Shown here in pieces: positions 55,022 through 64,000 of a DNA stretch of 64,000 bases (the first letter of the stretch is position 1; each line of letters starts with the position of its first letter). The position numbers and the translations under genes are program-made. This DNA comes from the human T2T-CHM13v2.0 reference genome, Homo sapiens. The notes beneath the pieces are model-generated. The model had not been told where the DNA came from, did no database searches, and saw nothing but the letters and a program-made list of their open reading frames with translations. Location of the stretch: assembly GCF_009914755.1 (NCBI RefSeq), contig NC_060925.1. One strand, given 5' to 3'.

Positions 55022-56649
55022 ACAATCTATTGTTTCATTGCAGATAGAAAAAGTCACATAACTTCAACAAGTAAAACGTTTAGCAAATTTATTCAAAGTG
55101 AAATGGATAGCTGATGTCATAGATTTATTGAAAATTTACTCCGCAGTAAGTTTAAGAAAAAACTTCCAGAGATATAGCAAAATTCATGAATTTGCCTTAG
55201 TCATCTGATGCTAATATAACAGAAAACAGCTTACATTAACTTGGATAATTAACAACAGAAATAGAAGAAATAGTATTTGATATGTAGTTGCAAGTTGATC
55301 TTTCTAATGTCATCATATTAATGATTAATACTTCCATATTTTTAAAAATTTCCCACAACTAGCAAAATGATTATTCAATGAAAAAATTTTTACTCTACTT
55401 AGTTAAAGGAATAATATATATGTAATTTTCACGTATATCAAATGTAAAATTAGATATAAAATACATATCAAACGTATGTTATACGTAAAGTATATGTAAT
55501 AGTCTTATATGTGTATGTATATGTATATCTTCTAAAATCTTTTTGCACAAAGTAAAAATTTTTCCCAGCATTAACTGCAGCCAAATGCAGGCATATCAAT
55601 TTCTTTGGCTAGAATATGCTGATATGAAAATCCAGCTAAAAATCTTGGTGGCTTACAACAAGAAATCAAGAAATGTGTATTTCTAGTTCAAGTTAAATGA
55701 TTTCATAGGTCACCTTGGACACTGGTCTATGTGGCTTCTTCCTTTCAGAGAGTATTTAGGATAAACTGGCTTAACAAGAGAGAAATCAGTGATTGCAGAG
55801 CCTCATAATGATTCTTAATGCTTCTTTTCAGAAGTGTCATCCATCAGTCTTACCCACATTCCATTTACCATAGAAGTTACATGGCCAATGCACATTTTTT
55901 TTTAAATGCCAAGTCTTCCATAAACTAATACTCTATGGTTGACAGTAATATCAATGAATGTAACATCATAATCTTTTCACAGGTAGGGGCAACAAAAGTC
56001 AATAGGAGAGAATGTGAAGTCCTTTTATGAGAAGAGACAGTAGTATTTACATAAAAAATACAATCTTCTTTAGCAAAAATCAGACCTTGGTGAGAATAGA
56101 GTAGAAAACATGTTGAATTAAATTCAGAATTCTTGTTAGTCAAACTTTAGATAGATGAGAAAAATCACAAAATGCAATTTTTATAACTGTGAGAATAGGC
56201 AAAATACCAAAATTCACATATTTATTATTTTAGAAAATAATCAGATTAAAAAAAAGCAATTGGGTAATCAGTTCTTACTCATTATACTGTCTGATTATTA
56301 ATGATTGCTAAAGATTTGGTAATAATCAGAATATTATTATAGATTACTAAACTCCCCTATTTAAATGTACAATTAGATTTACAAAGCTCTTATAATTAAA
56401 AATATGAAAATGGAATATTTTAAATTGTGTTAAATGCAAATTATATTCAAAATTTAAAATTCTTATGATTTTTATTAATAATTATGATCATTATTATCTG
56501 AATAACACAGCTATACACTTAAGATTTAATGTATGTTATAAATATTATTTCTACAAATTTTACTCAAAATCTTTCCGGGTCATGTGTGGCCCATTTGCAA
56601 TATTAAAAAACTTTTGATTTATAATTTTGTTCAGGAATATAATGAATAC

Positions 56650-56925
56650 TTTTTATATATAAAAAAACAGTCTAGGAGATATAGGAGAGGAAAATATAAT
56701 CTTAGTTTTTCCTCAGCTACAGAAGTGGTCATGGAGATTATCTTGATGATGATCGTGACCACATCTGTGTATACAAGTTGTTGGATAGTTTAGTAGAGGA
56801 AATGCAAAAGAAAGATTCACTTTGCTCCCTTCAAGAAAATTACACATTTCTACAATAAATACAAATAGGAGATTAGAAATAGTAAATTGGGAAACAAAAG
56901 TCATACAACAGAACATTCAAAGTAA
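56650..56925 (-). repeat. Inverted duplication, right arm
   Basis: See left arm; ORF-track peptides at 54757(+) and 56713(-) differ at only 2 of 67 residues. Confidence 0.97.
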
Positions 56926-56947
56926 AAGTCAAACCTAGAGGACAACT

Positions 56948-57046
56948 TGTTGAATTCAGAATTCTTGTTAGTCAAACTTTAGATAGATGAGAAAAATCAC
57001 AAAATGCAATTTTTATAGCTACGAGAATAGGTAAAAATACCAAAAT
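56948..57046 (+). repeat. Direct duplication of 56111-56213
   Basis: AATTCAGAATTCTTGTTAGTCAAACTTTAGATAGATGAGAAAAATCACAAAATGCAATTTTTATA is identical in both copies. Confidence 0.95.
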
Positions 57047-57825
57047 GATTTGTTGTTAGTGATGTTGCTCCACTGATTCTTCTTGAAGTCACTAGATGTT
57101 GAGATACGTTGTTGTGTTATAAAACAAACACACAAAAAAACTTGGCTGACCATGGTTTGAGCATTGACAGAGAGTGGGTACTCAATTTAGGGCACAGGCT
57201 TTTAATCAGTTATAAAATTTCTTTGGTAGAAACTGAAATATTAATACTTTTAGGTTGCAGGTAAAAATTAGCCTTTTTGAACCAGAGAATACTAATAAAC
57301 ATCGAAACATTTTAGCAGATATGGGAAAATTAGCCCACACAGAATCCAGAATCAGAGCCAATGTGACCAATCTATATGCCATTGGATTCCTGTGGAAGAT
57401 GAGAAATTACTTTCATTTTTATTTTATTCCATTGGAGAACTGATTGTTGATAGTTTGTAGCAATTTTAGGTTTCTGTAGGAGTGATGACAGATGCTTTTG
57501 TTGACTCATCCCATGTTTATAATAAAGTAAATAGTGATATTCAACAATTTTGTAAACTAAAACAAAATTGTGATGTCAACATAAAACTGAATAAGATGCC
57601 ATAGACCAACTTAGAAATGCTCTGCTCAATAATGTAAATTGGGTATAACTTTAGTTAGAGTCTCTCGGTCTCCAAAATGATTGTTAGTCCCCGCAGATAC
57701 TCGCAACATATCCTTGACCGTTATGAATGCCAATTTTGAGTCTTGTAATAACATTACATCTTATGGGAGATTTTCCTCTGAAAGCAGTGGGTGTTCCATT
57801 GTCAGTCACATTGAGGTGGAAAACA

Positions 57826-58144
<319 letters not shown>

Positions 58145-58146
<2 letters not shown>

Positions 58147-58361
58147 CCATCCTGGCCAAGATGGTGAAACCCCTTCTCTACCAAAAATTCAAAAATTAGC
58201 TGGGTGTGGTGGCGGGCACTTGTAATCTCAGCTACTTGGGAAGCTGAGGCAGAGAATTGCTTGAACCCAGGAAGAGGAGGCTGCAGTGAGCCGAGATCGC
58301 GTCACTGCCCTCCAGCCTGGGCAACAGAGCAAGACTCCGTCTCAAAAAAACAAAACAAAAA
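58145..58361 (+). mobile_element. Older AluS remainder lacking its first ~80 bp
   Basis: Begins GACCATCCTGGCCAAGATGG directly after the Yb tail; CpG-decayed. Confidence 0.9.
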
Positions 58362-60039
58362 TTTAGAGAGTAGGAGGAACTATTCTCATATTCTTAAGCC
58401 AATAGAGTTATTTATGGAATCTATTATGCAGAGAGGATGGAAAATTCTTGTAGTGGGCTGAGCTGGATCCCTGCCACATAAGATATTCCTAGGTCTACAA
58501 AGATACCCTAAAGTTCAAGAGAGACCACTTCTAAAAAAAGTGTAAATTTCTTTCTATGTTTTATCCCTAATACACAGAAGTTTCCATAGAAATTTTTAAA
58601 TACCAGAGCCTCAGCTTAACTGTGCTTTGAAAAGCTGAACACTTAGTTGCACAAAAAGCTTTTTTTTTTTTTTTGAGAAGAGTTTTTTGGAGAAATGTGA
58701 AATTAAAAAAATAAAAATAAAGAAGCCCAGATATTATCTGTAGAATTTTGAAGGGATTTAAATAAACTGAGGAAAAGAAATGCAGTAGAATAATTAACTT
58801 CCAATGACCTATATATATGTAGGTTAAGAATTCTTATAATATGAAAATAAAAAGAGAGGTGTTTTTTTATGAACTACAAGCTATAAAAAGAATATTATTA
58901 AGGTTTAGTTTAATGCATTCTAAACAGGTAGAGCTCTACAAGAAATGCTTATATTTGGATGAGAACTTATCTAGATTTGCAGATTTCCAAGATACAGTTT
59001 TTAATCTGAAACCAGAAGGTTTTTCAAAATGGAAGAATATGCAACATGAAACAGCTGTTAACCTCTTTTTTGCTCTCTGTGGCATACTGTCACTAAATCT
59101 GCATCAGATGAAGCTAGAGACAGCCAAATCATGGCTGTATGTTCTCCAGTTCCTCCCATCCTGCTCTCAAAACAACAATTCTCAACTCAGTTTCATGAAA
59201 CCAGCTTACTGAATGACATTGGTGTCTTTGGAGTTGGCTTGGATTATACTCTCCTTTTGCAGATAACGTTGGCTATTACCAATTCTTTTCTGTCAAATAT
59301 TTGCATTTGTTATGATTCTAGAGAGCTTGGGATTGTAGTTTATCATGAAATATTAAAACAGTAGAGTTATTATTTTGTTACTGATGTTTATAAAAATACT
59401 TATCACATGGTACATTACTTGGAAGATTATTTATTATGTTAATTTTCCTAAAAAATTTACCAGTCAGAAATCTTTTCATGTGGGAAAAATATCTAGATCA
59501 AATGCATATGTTCATTATGTTATTGGTAATAGATAATTTTGGATGAGTATTTTAATATATTTTAGTTACAGAGTAAGACCAAATAACCATCTTCAGAAGA
59601 TAAGAGTTTCTGTTTATGTCTCTTTCAGTCTTATCTACTTAACTATTATAGCACTAATCTGTTAGGGATAAAAGGTCTTTTTCAACCCTTCTATTTAAAA
59701 AGTGTCTTTAAATATCTGGAATTTACTTTAAACTGTCTCTTTTGCAAACATTTATAAATAGTTCAGGTCTATCTACAAACCTACATCAGCTCATGTTAGT
59801 CAATAACTCCTTGCATTCAGTAAATGGATGCCTCACTTCAAAGAAACCAATAAGTAAAAATCTGAATTAAAAAAAATTAATTAGAACATAATTACTTATT
59901 CACTTTAGTTATTATAAAATCACCACATTTTTCTTTATATTTTCTCATGCTATTGAATTAGATGACAAAAAATAACTATGTTTCTGGAAAACCTATTGTG
60001 TAATTAATATTTTATAAAATTCTACTTGCATCAGCTCTT

Positions 60040-60634
60040 GCCTATCTTCGTCTAGTCCTTAACTCAGCAGTAAGAGTTTTCTTGTTTAAATACAAGTCAG
60101 ATCATCTCACACGATGCTCAAGTTCTCACGGATCTGCTTCCTCTAGGCCCTACTACTGTTCTGTCTCCATCTCCTCTTACTCTCCCTTTGTTCACTCTGC
60201 TGGAAGTACATTGGTTTCCTTCTGTTTCTTGAACATACTACACTACAGCTTGTACAAGTTTATTTTCTCTGCCTAGAATATTCTACAAATACTTAAATTG
60301 TTCAATCCCTTACTTCATTCAAGTCATTAAGCAAATGCTGTCTTTTTGGTGAGGTTCCCCTGCCCACTGTATTGTAAAATTTCACTGATTTTTTTCCACC
60401 CTGGCACCCTGACATTTACTATTTCTCTTCCCTGATTTGTTTGTTTGTTCTTGGCATTTATCATCATGTAACATAATATAATTTTACTTGTTTATGTTGC
60501 TTGCAGACTGAGTTCATTTCAGAATATACACCCCAACAAAGAATTTCCATCTGTTTTGTTCAATGCCACACTCTCGATGCCTGAAAATTATCCTGACACA
60601 CAATAGTGATTCAATAAACATGTGTTAAGTGAAT
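60040..60634 (+). mobile_element. L2 (L2a-like) 3' end
   Basis: AAGTCAGATCAT, CTCTGCCTAGAAT, CTGTTTTGTTCA, TCAATAAACATGTGTTAAGTGAAT. Confidence 0.75.
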
Positions 60635-60699
60635 CCACCATTAATATTCTGTAAATGACATGAAATTAAGCATTGAGGCATTACTAGTTATTCTCCATC

Positions 60700-61199
60700 A
60701 CAGGTCAGTATCCCATCTGTCCTCTTTCTATTCCTCTCTATTCTGCACCGAGCCCAGAAACTGACCTCTCTGATTACCTCACAGGCACACCCTTACCTAC
60801 TGGCTTTCAGCTGTGTTCAGTCAGTGGGATAAACTGACAGGAAATTGAAGAGCAGGAAGAGACAGACAGGCTTTTAGGTAATTACTCCCCTCATTCCCTT
60901 CCTTTCTCACGGTAGGGATTCCGTTCTGGGATGCTGCTCAAGTTGCAATTTTCTAAGGCTAAAGCTCTTCCCCTTGTCTTCAGCTCTTTTAGATTCTAGA
61001 ATCCTGTTGCCACTTTTTGTTCCTTCAGACCTGGGAGTGGTGATATCTCCAGCAGTTGTTAAATATTTCTTGTTGATTTTGTAAAACTGCTCCCATCTCT
61101 GCTAAGAATTTCTTTGTTACATTCTCTTTAAACTCATTTAACTTTCTGTTAAACCCTTTTGAGATTGCCATCTGTTTCCTGCCTGAATCTTGTCTGATA
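60700..61199 (+). mobile_element. ERVL LTR (LTR33/LTR41-like)
   Basis: Ends TGCCATCTGTTTCCTGCCTGAATCTTGTCTGATA. Confidence 0.55.
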
Positions 61200-62659
61200 G
61201 AAATGCACTGGAATAATGAAAGTTAATATAAATAGCATAACAAAGTAAATGTAACATTGAATTTAGAAGCAGTGTCCAGTCAGTTATCTCCACATCCGAT
61301 ATCAATGACTTACCATGCCAATTTAGAAAAGTGCTTCAATACTCTGGGTCATCAATTTCTCCATTTATCAAATGAAGTTATTGGCTAAAAAACTGTTAAG
61401 TCCCTTTCAACTGTCTACTGCATATTAAGTTAAGCAAAGAAAAATATTAGAGCAATATGGTATGTGTGCTGGCTATCTTAATTTTGCTATTATAAATGTG
61501 CCAGAAACCCATTAATGTCTTGGGAAATGTTGTCTGCAATTCTTCACTCCAATTTTGGGTTGGTATCATATTTCATGGTAGGAGGAATCTACTTTCCTAC
61601 AACTTGACTTTGGGATTGGCCATATTACCTGTTTGGGCCAATGAAATGATGTTGAGTGTGATGAGAAAAGAGTTGTTAAATGCTCCTGGAACAGTTGGCT
61701 TGACCTCTTGTGCACCAGGGGCCTGCCATGAGAATAACATGACTCAAGTAGCCACTGGTCCAAGGCAAATCTGGGGACACAAGCAGATTTAAAATCAAAA
61801 ATAAATTTGAAGCTAAAAGCAGCCAATCTGTAGCCCGAGGCAGGTCTGTCTCACCTAACAACAATACTGTCATGGTATGGTAAGCAAAAACTTACCATAA
61901 TGCATCTTCCTTTTCTTATTATGTTACTAAATGAAAAATTAATAGGTTAAAATTAGATTCAAGAGAAAATTCCATGTTTAACTAAATTAGAGAAAACAAC
62001 AATAAAAGAAAATGGCAAAACAAGGAGGATTTCTGCTTCTGACCATGAGAAATTAACTAACTGGTATTAGATTTTCCTTTACTACAAACAATTTAAAAAT
62101 TGGACTACATATGTGAAATAGCTGTTTTTACACACAGGACTGACGACAGGAGAGGCAAAATTGTGATTCATAAGAGAATAAACATATTAGATAAACCCTC
62201 CAACTTTGCCTTGACTTTCTGCCTGAAGGCTCTTTCAAGATAACACTGAAAGAAACAAGCAGAGCAAAATATCCATTGAGGAGGAGAAGTATGATTTGGG
62301 AAGGCAGAGATGGCTGAGATGTGTGGGATAAAGAACCAGAGATAAGGGAGCTATGTAGAGAAAGAATTCCAGAAATATCCATAAGGATTTGTTAAAAACC
62401 AGCCAAATACAAATCTGCACATACATGAGTTGAAATTCCACAAGTCTGAGCAAAGAACAACTGTAGGGCGAAGAACATTTTCTAAGAAGCCATGCACCAA
62501 TCATTCAGCTGGGCTTAGAATTGTTGCAGTTTTTATAGGCCAAACTCAAGAGATCTCAGTAAATACTTGGGACTGTTTATTAACAGTGGTCTCAGATGGT
62601 CATATCTTTGTAGTGGGCTAAATTATTCGTAAAATAAAGGTACACTAGATTCACGTTAA

Positions 62660-62914
62660 CTTTTTTTTTCTTTTGAGACAGGGTCTCGCTCTATCTCCCA
62701 GGCTGGAGTACAGTGGTGCCATCACGACTCACTGTAGCCTCGATGTCCTAGGCTCAAGCCCTGCTAATTTTTGTTGTGTTTTTTTTTTTATTTTTGTAGA
62801 GATGTGGCCTTTCCATGTTGTACAGGCTGGTCTTGGACTCCTGGACTCAAATGATTCAACTGCCTTGGCCTCCTAAACTGTTGGGAATACAGGCATGAGC
62901 CACTGCGCCTGGCC
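62660..62914 (-). mobile_element. AluJ with internal deletion
   Basis: GAGACAGGGTCTCGCTCT...GGCTCAAGC|CCTGCTAATTTT junction skips part of the right arm. Confidence 0.85.
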
Positions 62915-62980
62915 CTAACAAAAATTTTCAAAAAGGATATCAAAGAATCTACTTGACCTGCAATTGACATAAATGCCTCC

Positions 62981-63343
62981 TGATATGGTTTGTCTGTGTC
63001 CTGGCCCAAATCTCATCCTGAATTGTAGCTCTCATAATTCCTACTTGTTGCGGCAGGGACCTGGTGGGAGGTGATTGAATCATGAGGGTGGGTCTTTCTC
63101 ATGCTGTTCTTGTGATAGCGAGTAAGTCTCACTATATCTGATGGTTTTATAAAGGGGAATCCCCTCACACAAGCTCTCTTGCCTGACACCATGCAAGACG
63201 TGACTTTGCTCCTCCTTTGCCTTTCACCATGACTGTGAGGCCTCCCCAGCCACATGAAACTGTGAGTCAATTAAATCTCTTTTCTTTGTAAATTACTCAG
63301 TCTTGAGTATGTCTTAATAGCAGCATGAGAACAGAATAATACA
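62981..63343 (+). mobile_element. THE1 (THE1C/D-like) solo LTR
   Basis: TGATATGGTTTG...AATAATACA; perfect 5-bp TSD CCTCC. Confidence 0.93.
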
Positions 63344-64000
63344 CCTCCTAAAACAAACTTCAATATCCTTTAACATAATAGAACAAAATCCAGTCAACAA
63401 TGTAATGTTCACCATGTCTGTGTCTGGCACTTAATAATAATAATAATAAAATGCTACACATGTGAAGTAGCAACATTTTAAGACCAAAAATCAAAAGTAA
63501 ATGACTTAATAAAAATACATCCAAAATTGAGAAAGATGATAGAATTTATAGACAAATAAATATTAAAATATGCTCAAAGATTTAAAGTAAGATTTGAACA
63601 TAATGAGATAAAAGTAAAATATAAAGCAATTAAAGGGAAATAAAAACTGCAATGTCTGAAATAAAAATTCACTGATGGGATTAATTATAGATTACATAAT
63701 GGAGAAAAACATATGGTTGAACTTGAAAGCACAGCAATGGGAACTATGCAAAATGAAGCAAAGAGAGGAAAAAGCCTGAAAATAGTAACAGAGTCTCGTT
63801 GTTTAGTACAATACCAAGTTTGTCTAACATATCGAGTTTGTACCATGTGGATGGAAGAGAGAGGTAGAAACAAACAGGCAGACATGGAAAAAACAAACTG
63901 AAGAGATAATAACAGAAAACTTTTTAATTTCAATAAAAATTATAAATCTGTAGATACAAAAATAACTTAAAGAAAGGCAAGTAGGATAAACAAAGAAAAC

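Larger units (their letters stand above)
62020..64000 (+). mobile_element. Old L1M 5' region/ORF1 relic hosting AluJ and THE1
   Basis: AATGTCTGAAATAAAAATTCACTGATGGGATTAAT...GAACTTGAAAGCACAGCAAT (ORF1 coiled-coil-like); boundaries approximate. Confidence 0.6.

Noticed and set aside
55022-56649. Spacer between the inverted arms as a possible transposon body with long TIRs
   Set aside because: No transposase-like ORF and no TSD outside the arms; one arm is fused to another local duplication
54757-56916. Two near-identical 67-aa ORFs on opposite strands, resembling a paralogous small-protein pair
   Set aside because: A by-product of the DNA-level inverted duplication; no promoter, splice or coding-bias evidence
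58841-59212. 123-aa ORF in non-repeat DNA
   Set aside because: No recognisable domain or exon boundaries; length compatible with chance in 64 kb x 6 frames

Overview
AT-rich primate genomic DNA, most likely human: Alu J/S/Y are present, including an AluYb-type 7-bp insertion, plus LTR12C, THE1/MST and L1PA/PB. I cannot support any protein-coding gene, RNA gene or CRISPR-like system. All ORFs in the track are repeat-derived (L1 ORF1/ORF2 relics, Alu, LTR12C) or chance. The window looks like a gene desert or a large intron. It is packed with solo LTRs from many ERV families, L1/L2/MIR fragments and microsatellites. Subfamily names come from recalled consensus motifs, not from a RepeatMasker run. 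The structure that repeat annotation does not explain is a set of local copies of non-repeat DNA: (i) a ~275-bp, ~97% identical inverted duplication bounded by hairpins/palindromes, fused to a ~100-bp direct duplication (54.7-57.0 kb); (ii) an 85-bp templated insertion inside an L1PB, copied from 2.65 kb downstream; (iii) a ~150-bp old tandem duplication split by that L1PB. Other leads are an in-register AluYb-into-Alu chimera, a CpG-retaining promoter-like patch at 47.5-48.0 kb, an LTR18 with an E-box/E-box/D-box cluster, and an intact LTR12C promoter. I found no evidence for a new gene-encoded biological system.
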